From an uncultured Sulfolobales archaeon (lineage in GTDB: Archaea > Thermoproteota > Thermoprotei_A > Sulfolobales > NBVN01): DNA of 64,000 nt. Positions 9,298 through 19,031 of the stretch are shown here, piece after piece. Within the stretch, counting starts at the first letter, position 1. The number at the start of each line of letters is the position of its first letter. Made by a program: the position numbers and the translations under genes. Below the pieces are notes generated by a model. The model searched no databases. It was given only the letters and a program-made list of their open reading frames with translations, and was not told the origin of the DNA. The stretch covers positions 398 through 64,397 of the forward strand of contig CALEDH010000019.1 in the NCBI GenBank assembly GCA_937949785.1, written 5' to 3'.

Positions 9298-10083
9298 TTA
9301 TATTATCTCTAATACAGGCCTATAGTGTTGGAGTGTCTTAGATAGCTGGTTAAGAATTCTGAGAATGTCAGGATTTCTGATAGGTAGTGCTATTGTTGAC
9401 AGCCTAACATCGATTGTTAGCGTATCAACATCTAATGACTTTATGGTGATGTAGGATTCGTTAAATCTGAAAGACCCTAGGTCTACCTTTTTAAATGCTG
9501 ATTTAACGTTGCTGAATAGTTCCATTACGTCCTCACCTTCCCTCAACTTTAACATTATCCTTATATTGATGCTTGGATTATGCTCCTTAATAGCTGACTC
9601 TATAAGTAATGTATTAGGTACGTAGATTTTATTACCGAAGAGGTCCTCAATAACTGATGTAAGCGGTGTTAAATCGACTACCCTACCCTTAATAGGCTCT
9701 GAATATCCCTGTATGAATATCTCAGCATTCCTACCTTTAACATGTTTAAACATCTGAAGCGTTATATATGCTGCGAACTGCTTAACCTCGTAGAAGAAGA
9801 GTGTTAAGACTATTAACCCAAGTATCGCTATTATTGCGTAGGGCGTCAGCGATGCCGTAATTATGTTAACTGAGATTATTAGAAATGCTGATAGCAGTCC
9901 TAAGTCAACCATTCTAATTAAGGTTACCTTAGTACTTACTGAAATACTGCCGCGTTGGACTAACGATGTTATGAACTTACTTAACATATACCTTATTATA
10001 ACTATAACGACTACTAGCAGTAGTATGAGTTCTACCTGATTAATCAACGCTTCATCCAGCTGGATGAAATTCGTTAGGCTCAC
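9298..10083 (-). CDS. small MscS-like mechanosensitive channel family protein
   Basis: Three N-terminal TM helices followed by a beta domain (GRVVDLTPLTSVIEDLFGNKIYVPNTLL), typical of MscS-family proteins. Confidence 0.6.
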   Translation of the reverse strand: MSLTNFIQLDEALINQVELILLLVVVIVIIRYMLSKFITSLVQRGSISVSTKVTLIRMVDLGLLSAFLIISVNIITASLTPYAIIAILGLIVLTLFFYEVKQFAAYITLQMFKHVKGRNAEIFIQGYSEPIKGRVVDLTPLTSVIEDLFGNKIYVPNTLLIESAIKEHNPSINIRIMLKLREGEDVMELFSNVKSAFKKVDLGSFRFNESYITIKSLDVDTLTIDVRLSTIALPIRNPDILRILNQLSKTLQHYRPVLEII

Positions 10084-10730
10084 CCTTTAAAGTAGCTGCT
10101 CACCTCATCCTCACTAGCACTAGTCAGTAATATTAACTGATAACCACTTAATAAGATGGTGTTATCTTCAGGTGGGTATAATTTCGAGCCATCGAATACG
10201 AATACGACCTTAGTATCTTCGGGGAGTTCCACATCTTTTAACGTTTTATTAACTGCTTTATCAGTTTCTGATAGGCTTAAAACGTATATTCTTAGATTGC
10301 CGAACTCCGTAATTAGTTTAGGCATTCTAACGGAGTCTACATACGTTTTAATCATCGTAGCGGTTAGGGATGGTGAGACTATGGGTATGCCGAGCCCTAA
10401 CTTAATCATTAGTTCAGCTACCTTAGGATCTCTGACCTTAGCAATCCTTATAGGGACGTTGTAGGCCTTAGCAACTGATATAACGAATATGTTTGTCTCA
10501 TCTCTATCGGTTAGAGCTATGACTGAGTCTATATCTGATATGGAGATTTCAGATGTATATAGGGAGACGTCTGTGGCATCCTTATTAATTACGTAGATGT
10601 CAAATTTGCTTGAGAGCTCCTTACACCTATTACTATTAGATTCAACCACTATGACTTCATCCCTTCTAAGATTTATAGTTCTAAGAAGTTCTTCAGCTGT
10701 ATCACTACCTCCAATCACTAATATCCGCAT
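10080..10730 (-). CDS. TrkA/RCK-domain protein (TrkA-N plus TrkA-C)
   Basis: MRILVIGGSDTAEEL Rossmann-type start and a C-terminal TrkA-C-like segment. Overlaps the downstream channel gene by 4 nt. Confidence 0.7.
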   Translation of the reverse strand: MRILVIGGSDTAEELLRTINLRRDEVIVVESNSNRCKELSSKFDIYVINKDATDVSLYTSEISISDIDSVIALTDRDETNIFVISVAKAYNVPIRIAKVRDPKVAELMIKLGLGIPIVSPSLTATMIKTYVDSVRMPKLITEFGNLRIYVLSLSETDKAVNKTLKDVELPEDTKVVFVFDGSKLYPPEDNTILLSGYQLILLTSASEDEVSSYFKG

Positions 10731-10890
10731 GTTATTAAACCACCAACTACCTCCAAGTAAATCTCACCTAATATTTATTAAGTTTACATTAAAGTCATAG
10801 CGCTTATACCTCAGTTAAATCATTAGGAATTACACATACTTACTGAATGCTGCATAGCTAAACACGTACATCTAATCTTAAACGTACTAC

Positions 10891-11316
10891 CTACTCTACT
10901 CGGCTCTGAGGGTGTTTCAATCCAGAAGCTATTAAAAGCGTAGTCAGCTTTACATCACTCATAGAGCCTTCATACCTTGATACCTCATTACCATCCGCAA
11001 ACACCATAGTGGTAGGTATTGCCACTACGTTATACCTCTTACTTACGGATTTTAAGTTCTTAGTGTTGACCTTAATGAATAACGCGGCATCTTTAAATTC
11101 CTTAGAAACCGACTCGAATGTAGGGATGTATGACTTACATGCAGGGCACTCATTTTTGTAAAAACATGCTACTACGAATTTATTACTACTAATCAATCTG
11201 CTAAATTCTTCTTCACTACTAACTTCTAATACGTGTTTACTACCCTCCCTACCTACAGCACTTCTCACAACATCCTCAACTAACTTACTTATTAGGTCGT
11301 CAATATCCTCAGGCAT
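10891..11316 (-). CDS. thioredoxin-fold protein (CPAC active site) with N-terminal extension
   Basis: FYKNECPACKS redox motif and the IPT cis-Pro region of a thioredoxin fold. Confidence 0.75.
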   Translation of the reverse strand: MPEDIDDLISKLVEDVVRSAVGREGSKHVLEVSSEEEFSRLISSNKFVVACFYKNECPACKSYIPTFESVSKEFKDAALFIKVNTKNLKSVSKRYNVVAIPTTMVFADGNEVSRYEGSMSDVKLTTLLIASGLKHPQSRVE

Positions 11317-11449
11317 TATACGATATCCATTAGTTATATAGTTCGTAGGTGAGTTATAAGTTATAATATTATTGTGTTGGCATCCTACTAACTGATACTA
11401 CCATCATTAACTCAGGTTAAATAGTTGTTTTACCGTATATTTAATTGGT

Positions 11450-13786
11450 GTGGTGTCGGCGATAAAAGCGTATAGGTTAGTGGTTATAGGTATTGTCCAA
11501 GGAGTTGGTTTTAGGCCTCTAGTATATAGGATAGCTAGTAGGTTAGGTGTTTCAGGCTACGTTAGAAATGTTGGGGGCTCTGAGGTTGAAATACATGTGG
11601 AGGGCTCCGAAGACGTCTTAGAGGAGTTCGTGGAGACGCTTAAGAAATCACTACCCCCTACAGCCCGTATTGATGAGTTAGTAGTTCAGGCAGTAAGTGT
11701 TGAGGGGTTTAAGGAGTTTACAATACTCCCCTCAACAGGTGGGGCCATTAAATACTCTATGATACCACCAGATTTCGGCATCTGCGATGACTGCTTAGCT
11801 GAGGTTTTAAATATTGAGGATAGGAGGTATAGGTATTATCTAAACTCATGTGTTTGGTGCGGTCCCAGGTTCTCGATGATGTATAGACCTCCCTACGATA
11901 GGGTTAATACATCGATGAACGACTTCCCACTATGTGATAGGTGTTTAAGCGAATATGAAGATCCAGGCAATATACGTAGGTTCCATGCTCAGGGGATAAG
12001 CTGCCCTAACTGCGGTCCTAAAGTAAGTCTTTATACTAGGGAGGGGGAGTTAGTAGATTCTGAAGACCCTGTAGGGCTTGCTGGGAAGTTAATTAATGAA
12101 GGCTATATAGTAGGTGTTAAGGGGTTAGGCGGCTACCACATAGCGTCACTAGCTACCGATGATGAGGTGGTTTTAAAGCTTAGGCTGAGGAAGAATAGAC
12201 CTCAAAAACCTTTCGCAGTGATGGTTTTAAACGAGTCAGTAGCTAGTAGTGCTTGCTACTTAAGTGATGAGGTTGTTAAACTACTTAAATCACCTGAAAG
12301 ACCTGTAGTCCTACTGCCTAAGAAGGAAGGTAGTCCGATATCTAAGCATGTCTCACCCGGCTTAGATGTTGAGGGTTTATTCCTCCCCTACACAGCCCTA
12401 CACTACTTACTACTAAGCAGTACTGATGATAAGCTCGCTATAATGACTAGCGGTAATCCTAAAGATAAACCTATGTGTGTTGATGAGGAATGCGCTTTCA
12501 AACACCTTAAAGGCTACGTCGACTACTTCTTAATCCATAATAGAGTGATAGTTAATAGGGTTGATGACAGCGTTTTAAGGCTTACTAATGGGAAGCCGGT
12601 GATGATTAGGAGAGGTAGGGGGTACGCACCTATGTGGGTCAGAACTAAATTTAAATTTAAAAACCCGGTCATAGCATTCGGTGCTGAACTGCAGACGGCA
12701 GGTGCTATAGCCTTCGACGATAAGGTAATTCTAACTCAGTATATAGGGGATGTAGACGACTACGACGTCTTAAACGACCTAGATAAGTACTTAAGTTGGT
12801 TTATAAGGGTTTACGACGTAGATGTGGGGAATGCTTACTTAGTAATTGATAGGCATCCAACCTACGTATCTAGGTTATTAGCTGAGCACTACTTAAGTAA
12901 GTATGGCGGTAGATTATTTGAGGTCCAACACCATCACGCACACGCATTAGCTGTTGCTGCAGACCTAGGCCTAGACCCGCAGGAATGGTTTCTCTCAGTA
13001 GTGCTTGATGGCATCGGTTACGGTGATGATGGGAACGTGTGGGGTGGTGAGGTACTCAAGTTAAATTACTCAAACTACGTGAGGGTAGGTCATTTGGAGA
13101 ACGTCCCATTACCCGACCCAGTAAACTCTATTAAATATCCGGCTAGGATGCTTCTCTCATATCTACGTAAGCTCTTAGGGAGTGATGAGGAGGTGGTTAA
13201 GTTAGTAGATAGGTTACGACTAGTTAAGGCGTTCCGCTACGGTGTTGAAGAAGTCTACGTAGTTCTCCAACAAATATCAAACTCTAAGATAATGACGTCA
13301 AGCACCGGTAGGTTCTTAGACTCCATATCAGCGTTGCTTGGAGTATGCTTTGAAAGGACTTATGAGGGGGAGCCAGCGATAAAGCTAGAGTCAGCAGCTA
13401 GTAAGGGAAGACTCATCGGCGAGTTAGACGGGTTAGTAACGGTTATGCAGGGTAGGTACTTAGTTTTAACTACTGAAATACTTAACTACGTATTAGAGTC
13501 CTTAGGTAGTGTTGATGTTAGGGACATAGCTTATACAGTACAGTATAGTTTGGGAAGTGCTTTAGGTGATGTGATTCGGAGGTTAAGCTATGGCAGTAGG
13601 TTTGATTACGTGGTCTTAGGTGGTGGAGCCGTAGTTAACTCAATAATAATTAAGGGGATTGAGGACTGCTTAAAGGACTGTGAAATTAAGGTCTACCTAC
13701 CGAGGAAGTTACCGCCTAATGATGGAGGCATAGCGGTGGGGCAGGTTGTAAGTACCTATAGCTTTAACTCGCAGAGTACGTTCTGA
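11450..13786 (+). CDS. hypF: [NiFe] hydrogenase maturation carbamoyltransferase HypF
   Basis: Acylphosphatase domain (IVQGVGFRP...GYVRN), two CxxC-x18-CxxC zinc fingers, a YrdC-like domain and a Kae1-like domain. 778 aa. Confidence 0.9.
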   Translation: MVSAIKAYRLVVIGIVQGVGFRPLVYRIASRLGVSGYVRNVGGSEVEIHVEGSEDVLEEFVETLKKSLPPTARIDELVVQAVSVEGFKEFTILPSTGGAIKYSMIPPDFGICDDCLAEVLNIEDRRYRYYLNSCVWCGPRFSMMYRPPYDRVNTSMNDFPLCDRCLSEYEDPGNIRRFHAQGISCPNCGPKVSLYTREGELVDSEDPVGLAGKLINEGYIVGVKGLGGYHIASLATDDEVVLKLRLRKNRPQKPFAVMVLNESVASSACYLSDEVVKLLKSPERPVVLLPKKEGSPISKHVSPGLDVEGLFLPYTALHYLLLSSTDDKLAIMTSGNPKDKPMCVDEECAFKHLKGYVDYFLIHNRVIVNRVDDSVLRLTNGKPVMIRRGRGYAPMWVRTKFKFKNPVIAFGAELQTAGAIAFDDKVILTQYIGDVDDYDVLNDLDKYLSWFIRVYDVDVGNAYLVIDRHPTYVSRLLAEHYLSKYGGRLFEVQHHHAHALAVAADLGLDPQEWFLSVVLDGIGYGDDGNVWGGEVLKLNYSNYVRVGHLENVPLPDPVNSIKYPARMLLSYLRKLLGSDEEVVKLVDRLRLVKAFRYGVEEVYVVLQQISNSKIMTSSTGRFLDSISALLGVCFERTYEGEPAIKLESAASKGRLIGELDGLVTVMQGRYLVLTTEILNYVLESLGSVDVRDIAYTVQYSLGSALGDVIRRLSYGSRFDYVVLGGGAVVNSIIIKGIEDCLKDCEIKVYLPRKLPPNDGGIAVGQVVSTYSFNSQSTF

Positions 13787-13976
13787 GCTGGCGTTACGTC
13801 ACGGGATAACCTTATCCACTACCCAAGAAGACCTCACACCCTAAGTAGGTTTAGGCAGGTCAATAAACCTTTACGTTAGGTAGAAGCGGTTCTACACCTA
13901 CTGCTTAGATAGATGTTTTAGTTAGAGGGGAAAATATTTTTTAGGCCAACCTTAGTAAACTCTTAGGTATGTTTAG

Positions 13977-14405
13977 ATGGTCAGCACTAAAGTAGTTAAG
14001 TACTCACCGTGGTTACTACATTTCAACACAGGTGCGTGCAATGGATGTGATATTGAAGTATTAGCTGCTTTAACACCTTACTACGACCCTGAGAGGTTCG
14101 GCGTTAAGTTAGCCCCTAATCCTAGACACGCTGATGTTATGGTTGTGACTGGTGCTGTAACTAAGAAAGCTGGTGAGAGATTGAATAGGTTGTATGAGCA
14201 GATGCCATCACCTAAGTTTGTAGTGGCGGTTGGTGCCTGCGCTATAAGTGGTGGTGTTTTTTCAGGTTCTTACTCGGTGTTAAACGGTGCCAATAAAGTG
14301 GTGCCGGTAAGCATGTACGTTCCTGGATGTCCTCCAAGACCCGAAGCTATTCTTTACGGGATTGTTAAACTGCTTAGCAAGTTAGATGGTGGTGGGAATG
14401 AGTAG
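13977..14405 (+). CDS. mbhJ: membrane-bound hydrogenase small subunit (NuoB/MbhJ-like)
   Basis: GACNGCDIE, VGACAISGG and PGCPPRPEA motifs of the NuoB/group 4 small-subunit family. Confidence 0.85.
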   Translation: MVSTKVVKYSPWLLHFNTGACNGCDIEVLAALTPYYDPERFGVKLAPNPRHADVMVVTGAVTKKAGERLNRLYEQMPSPKFVVAVGACAISGGVFSGSYSVLNGANKVVPVSMYVPGCPPRPEAILYGIVKLLSKLDGGGNE

Positions 14406-14835
14406 CGTATTAGATTTCTTAAAGAGTTCTGGTTTAAATCAATTAGGATCTAAGCAGCCTAGGAGGTACGTATTTGAGGTAAGCGCTGAGAGGCTTAGAG
14501 AAGTCGTAGGTGGCCTAGCTAAATTCAAGAACATATACGTATCATCTATTTCAGGGGTTGATTATGTTAGTGAGGGATTTATCGAGATTAATTACTGTTT
14601 ATGGGTTGTTGATGAGAGGTTCATGGTTATTACTAAGGTCAGAGTTCCGAGGGACTCTCCTAAAGTACCTACGATCTACGACTTAATTCCTGGAGCTCTG
14701 AATAGCGAGTTAGAGGCTTATGACCTCTTAGGAGTGGTGTTTGAGGGGAATGAGAAGTTGAGGAGAGGGTTCTTAACGCCTTCAGAAGTAGCGTCTCAGG
14801 GTTTATTCCCGCTTAGAAAGGATTTTAAGGTGTGA
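14386..14835 (+). CDS. mbhK: NuoC/MbhK-like hydrogenase subunit
   Basis: Its size and its position between the NuoB-like and NuoD-like genes fit the 30-kDa subunit. Sequence similarity is weak. Confidence 0.65.
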   Translation: MVVGMSSVLDFLKSSGLNQLGSKQPRRYVFEVSAERLREVVGGLAKFKNIYVSSISGVDYVSEGFIEINYCLWVVDERFMVITKVRVPRDSPKVPTIYDLIPGALNSELEAYDLLGVVFEGNEKLRRGFLTPSEVASQGLFPLRKDFKV

Positions 14836-14838
14836 TTT

Positions 14839-16005
14839 ATGTCGTTAATTGAAATTCCTGTAGGACCTCAACACCCAGCTCTCCACGAACCTATAATGCT
14901 TAGGGTTAAGGCGGATGGTGAGAGGGTAGTTGATGTTCAAGTAGTTACCGGTTACAATCATAGAGGGGCTGAGAAATTAGGTGAGCGTAATACTTGGAGT
15001 AAGAACGTATTCCTCTACAGTAGGGTTTGCGGTATATGTAATACGGTTCACGCACAAACATATACTCAAGGCGTTGAAGCTATAGGTAATGTTGAAGTCC
15101 CCCCCAGAGCTCAGTACTTAAGGACATTGATAATGGAGTTAGAGAGGATACACTCACACATGCTTATCTCTGCCGTTATGGCTGAAATAGTAGGTTTCGA
15201 TAGCCTCTTCATGTTGATTATGAGGGATAGAGAGCCTGTGATGATGCTTAAAGAACTAGTTACAGGTAATAGAGTTCTCTCAGACTACTACACATTAGGT
15301 GGTGTTAGGAGGGATGTTGATGAAGTGAAAAAGGATAAGATATTGAAGGTGTTGGAGAGTGTTGAGGGAAGAATGAAATACTATAAGAAGGTGTTTGAGG
15401 AGGATTTCACTTTAAGTAGAAGGTTAGGGGGTGTCGGGGTAGTAAGGCATGATGAAGCCGTGAGGTACTCATTAGTCGGTCCGACTTTAAGGGGTTCAGG
15501 AGTTAAATCAGATGTTAGGGCTGATGACCCATACGCTGCGTACGGTGAGATACCGTTTAACGTGATTACATATGATGGGGGAGACTCGCTTTCAAGGATG
15601 TTAGTTAGATTTGATGAAACCCTAGAGTCGATAGAGATGGTTAGATACATTCTTAATCACCTACCGCAAGGACCTATAGCACCTAAAACGCCTATTAGAA
15701 TAATACCTGCTGGTGAGGCGTTCTCAAGGGTTGAAGCTCCTAGAGGTGAGTTATTCTATCATATAGTAAGTAAGGGTGGTGATAAGCCGTATAGAGTTAA
15801 GGTTAGAACCCCCTCCTTTCACAACATAATTAACGGTGTAATAGCTTATAGGGAGGCAAACATCGCTGACGTACCGGTAATACTTGCAAGTGTAGATCCT
15901 TGTATATCCTGCACTGAGAGAGTACTCGTAATTGATGAGAGGTCAGGTAAGGCAAGATCCTTAAGGCTTAAAGACCTAAGTAGGGGGTTGTTAGATGGGT
16001 CTTAA
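14839..16005 (+). CDS. mbhL: group 4 [NiFe] hydrogenase large subunit (NuoD/MbhL-like)
   Basis: N-terminal RVCGICNTVH (RxCGxCxxxH) and C-terminal DPCISCTER (DPCxxC), so all four Ni-Fe-ligating Cys are present. About 30 aa follow the C-terminal motif. Confidence 0.9.
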   Translation: MSLIEIPVGPQHPALHEPIMLRVKADGERVVDVQVVTGYNHRGAEKLGERNTWSKNVFLYSRVCGICNTVHAQTYTQGVEAIGNVEVPPRAQYLRTLIMELERIHSHMLISAVMAEIVGFDSLFMLIMRDREPVMMLKELVTGNRVLSDYYTLGGVRRDVDEVKKDKILKVLESVEGRMKYYKKVFEEDFTLSRRLGGVGVVRHDEAVRYSLVGPTLRGSGVKSDVRADDPYAAYGEIPFNVITYDGGDSLSRMLVRFDETLESIEMVRYILNHLPQGPIAPKTPIRIIPAGEAFSRVEAPRGELFYHIVSKGGDKPYRVKVRTPSFHNIINGVIAYREANIADVPVILASVDPCISCTERVLVIDERSGKARSLRLKDLSRGLLDGS

Positions 16006-16378
16006 AATACTTAACGAAGTATTAAGTAACTTAATTAAGAAGTCATCAACCGTAGAATACCCTAAACAACCACCGCTAGCGTTAAAGGAGCATAGAGGAC
16101 GTCACTATGCAGACCTAGTTAAATGTACTGGATGTAGCTTATGCGCTTTAGAATGCCCTACTAACGCAATAGCTATGAATACGTTGCAGAAGAAGTTAAA
16201 GCAGAATCCGAGAGGTATATACCCAGTAATCGAATACGGTAAGTGCATCTTCTGCTATAGATGCGTTGACGTATGCCCTGTTAAAGCATATATAACTACT
16301 AACTTCTTCGAGATGGGCTCAGATAAGTTAGGGACTTCCAATGACTTAAGTATGAATACTTTACAGGGAGTAGAATAA
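15995..16378 (+). CDS. mbhN: 2x[4Fe-4S] ferredoxin subunit (NuoI/MbhN-like)
   Basis: CTGCSLCALECP and CIFCYRCVDVCP cluster motifs. Confidence 0.85.
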   Translation: MGLKILNEVLSNLIKKSSTVEYPKQPPLALKEHRGRHYADLVKCTGCSLCALECPTNAIAMNTLQKKLKQNPRGIYPVIEYGKCIFCYRCVDVCPVKAYITTNFFEMGSDKLGTSNDLSMNTLQGVE

Positions 16379-16419
16379 TGCTTAAAAACCGTTCTTAGAA
16401 ATGTTAAGAGGTTATTAGG

Positions 16420-16704
16420 ATGAGTCTAGAGCCATTAATTACGTCGATAATCATGTATACAATACCGATATTCATACTTGCATACATATTATACTTCATC
16501 AGGATTTTGAAGGGACCTACAGTACCTGATAGGGTTTTAGCTGTAGATGCCTTAGCATTCGACTTAGTTGTTTTCTTAATAGTTCTAGGAATATACTTTA
16601 AATCCCCTGTACTGCCAGTCGTGGCTGTAGTCCTCGCGCTGTGGACTTACGCATTCGATATATTCATAGCTAAGTATTTAGAGAGGAGGGAGATGGGTGG
16701 GTAG
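16420..16704 (+). CDS. mbhB: MrpF/MbhB-like membrane subunit
   Basis: GPTVPDRVLAVDAL motif typical of MnhF/MrpF. About 3 TM helices. Confidence 0.75.
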   Translation: MSLEPLITSIIMYTIPIFILAYILYFIRILKGPTVPDRVLAVDALAFDLVVFLIVLGIYFKSPVLPVVAVVLALWTYAFDIFIAKYLERREMGG

Positions 16705-16706
16705 TT

Positions 16707-17075
16707 ATGATCGAATATGTTATGGTAGTAGTAGGTGGCGCGCTCCTACTTATAGGGGCTGTATGTGATTTAATAGGGGCTTTAGGGATGAATAGATTCC
16801 CGAATTTCTTCGTAAGGCTCCACGCAGCCACTGTAGGTGTTATTGGTGGTGCTTTCTACCCGTTAATCGGAGCTGCTCTAATAGCGTTTGGCTCAGAATA
16901 CCTAGGAACGTATAGGTGGTTTGTAGGTGGTTGTGCGTTAGTTTCAGCATTTCTTATATTAATTCTCGCCCCAGCTGGGTCTCATGCCCTAGCTAGGGCA
17001 GCCCATAAATCTAAGACAGCTGTCGTAACCCCTAAGGTAGCTGATCATTTAGAGGAGGACGGGGGTGTTAAGTAG
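16707..17075 (+). CDS. mbhC: MrpG/MbhC-like membrane subunit
   Basis: RFPNFFVRLHAAT motif typical of MnhG/MrpG. Confidence 0.75.
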   Translation: MIEYVMVVVGGALLLIGAVCDLIGALGMNRFPNFFVRLHAATVGVIGGAFYPLIGAALIAFGSEYLGTYRWFVGGCALVSAFLILILAPAGSHALARAAHKSKTAVVTPKVADHLEEDGGVK

Positions 17076-17327
17076 ATGGATATGACATACTTATTACTAG
17101 CGATATCTATGTTATTTGCCTTAGTAGCTACTTACTCAGCAATAGTTGAGAGGTATTTAGTGAAGGCCGTAGTGTTTTCAGCGCTTCAAAGCATAGCATT
17201 TACGTTAGCTCTATACCTGCTCAGAGCACCTGATATAGTGCTTGTCTACCTCCCAATAACTGTTGGTATTTACCCAGCTGCAATTCTTTTCTTAATAAAG
17301 AAGAGTGAGGAGGTTGAGGAGCTGTGA
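17076..17327 (+). CDS. mbhD: small MrpB-N/MbhD-like membrane subunit
   Basis: 83-aa protein with 3 TM helices immediately upstream of the MnhB-like gene. Assigned by position and size. Confidence 0.55.
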   Translation: MDMTYLLLAISMLFALVATYSAIVERYLVKAVVFSALQSIAFTLALYLLRAPDIVLVYLPITVGIYPAAILFLIKKSEEVEEL

Positions 17328-18139
17328 AGAAGGAATTACTAATCGCTATGTCAATGGTTATCACAGTCGTGGTTATGGCTTACATAGCAACGTTGGGAGG
17401 TGGGTTAGGCCCCCTCTTCAGCGATGTAAGACCTCTGGCTAAGGCCTTCTTAAGCACAACCCTAGACCCTGAGAAACCTTTATTCACAGCTATGAGTCCT
17501 GAGGCAGTCACAGCTATTGTCTGGGATTATAGAGGTTTAGACACGTTATTTGAGACAGCTGTTTTCTACCTAGCTATCATAGGTGCTATAGCTATATATA
17601 GAGATGTTAATGAGAAGGTAGGTCTTAAAGGCAGTGGGTTAGGGCTTTCTAAGATAGTGAGGGTAGTTACCAAGGTCTTAATACCTATAAACATAGCTAT
17701 AGCTATCTCTATAGCGTTACACGGCCATTTAACTCCTGGCGGAGGCTTCCAAGCAGGTGCGGCAATGGCTGTCATGCCTATGCTGCTCATCGTCGTGTTT
17801 TCTAGGTATTTCCTATTAGAGTTGAAGTTAACTAAGGGTTTAGCGTTAGCCTTCAGGTCTATAGGCCTCACTGGTATAGCGCTTACGGTATTCCTACCAA
17901 TAATTATAGCGTTAGTTAATGGGGTGAACGCGTATATAATGCAGAATCAGATGAAGGTCAATGCACCTGTAGGGTTACCAGCTTTTATAGGTAATTCCCT
18001 AATATCAGGGTCGTTAATACTTTACAACGTATTTGAATTCCTAGCAGTTACCTTCGGATTTTCAGTACTATTTCTATTGCTGTCTATAGAGGAGGATATA
18101 GTTAAAGATCAGATGAGGGGTGAGGTAAGTGAGCACTGA
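17324..18139 (+). CDS. MrpB-like membrane subunit (MbhE/MbhF equivalent)
   Basis: GHLTPGGGFQAGA motif of the MnhB family. Multi-TM, 271 aa. Confidence 0.75.
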   Translation: MKKELLIAMSMVITVVVMAYIATLGGGLGPLFSDVRPLAKAFLSTTLDPEKPLFTAMSPEAVTAIVWDYRGLDTLFETAVFYLAIIGAIAIYRDVNEKVGLKGSGLGLSKIVRVVTKVLIPINIAIAISIALHGHLTPGGGFQAGAAMAVMPMLLIVVFSRYFLLELKLTKGLALAFRSIGLTGIALTVFLPIIIALVNGVNAYIMQNQMKVNAPVGLPAFIGNSLISGSLILYNVFEFLAVTFGFSVLFLLLSIEEDIVKDQMRGEVSEH

Positions 18140-18524
18140 GTTAGATATCTTCCTAGCCAACCTATCTTTAATCTCATTAATAGCTATTATTGGGGTCTCA
18201 CTCTACGGTATCCTAGCCAGACCTAACATCGTTAAGAAGATAATAGCGTTAACCATATTCACAGACGCGGCTAACTTACTAGCAATTCTAGTCGGTTTTA
18301 GGAGGCCTCCATCAATACCGCCAGTACTGTTAAACTTAGAGCCGAGGGCTACTGATATAGCTGAGTTCTCAGCAAGTGCTGTAGACCCCTTACCGCAGGC
18401 ATTAGTCCTCACGGCTGTGGTTATAGGGATGGCTGTAAACATGTTAATAATATTTATAGCCCTTCAGGTCTACAGGCTGTATGGCACATTAGATGCTAGG
18501 AAGATAAGGAGGTTGAGGGGGTAA
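18129..18524 (+). CDS. mbhG: MrpC/NuoK-like membrane subunit (MbhG-like)
   Basis: About 3 TM helices, with NuoK/MnhC-like size and placement. Confidence 0.65.
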   Translation: MSTELDIFLANLSLISLIAIIGVSLYGILARPNIVKKIIALTIFTDAANLLAILVGFRRPPSIPPVLLNLEPRATDIAEFSASAVDPLPQALVLTAVVIGMAVNMLIIFIALQVYRLYGTLDARKIRRLRG

Positions 18525-18527
18525 GCC

Positions 18528-19031
18528 ATGAAGTTAGTTAAGATAATACCTGTAGCGATTCTCACATATATCATATATATAGTGTTCTCAGGCTCGGTAA
18601 GCACCTACGACTTAGTGCTAGGCGTAGTCGTTGCAGTGCTTGCGGGTTACTTAACGTCAGAGCTATTGGTTAGTGATGTTGGTAAGGCGTTAAGTATTAA
18701 GAGGTTCATATGGCTTATGCTTTACGGTGTTTACTACTTAACCATCGCCGAGTTTAAAGCGCATTTCGACTTGATTAAAAGGATCTTAAATCCTAAGATG
18801 CCTATTAACCCGGGAATAGTTAGAACTCCGTATAATGTAGGCAACGACTATAGCGTTGTAACAATAGCTAACTCAATAACTAATACACCAGGTACCGTTG
18901 TCGTTCACTTAGATGAAGGTCGGAAGACATACTACGTACATTGGATAGATGTTAAGGCACCTGATCCGAAAACTACCTACGAAAACATCGTAAAGGCCTT
19001 CGAGGGATATGTTAAAAAGATTTTTGAGTAG
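18528..19031 (+). CDS. mbhA: MrpE/MbhA-like membrane subunit
   Basis: Two N-terminal TM helices plus an ITNTPGTVVVHLDE...YYVHWID segment characteristic of MnhE. Confidence 0.7.
   Translation: MKLVKIIPVAILTYIIYIVFSGSVSTYDLVLGVVVAVLAGYLTSELLVSDVGKALSIKRFIWLMLYGVYYLTIAEFKAHFDLIKRILNPKMPINPGIVRTPYNVGNDYSVVTIANSITNTPGTVVVHLDEGRKTYYVHWIDVKAPDPKTTYENIVKAFEGYVKKIFE

Noticed and set aside
11380-11430. Possible C/D box sRNA (AAUGAUGG on the minus strand, plus CUGA-like elements)
   Set aside because: Only one degenerate C-like box is present. There is no D'/C'/D arrangement and no 12-nt spacing.
14839-16005. Whether the large subunit belongs to a sulfane-reducing Mbs/Mbx-type complex rather than a hydrogenase
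   Set aside because: Both CxxC pairs (RVCGIC and DPCISC) are intact, which favours a true [NiFe] hydrogenase. Mbx/Mbs large subunits lack part of this ligand set.
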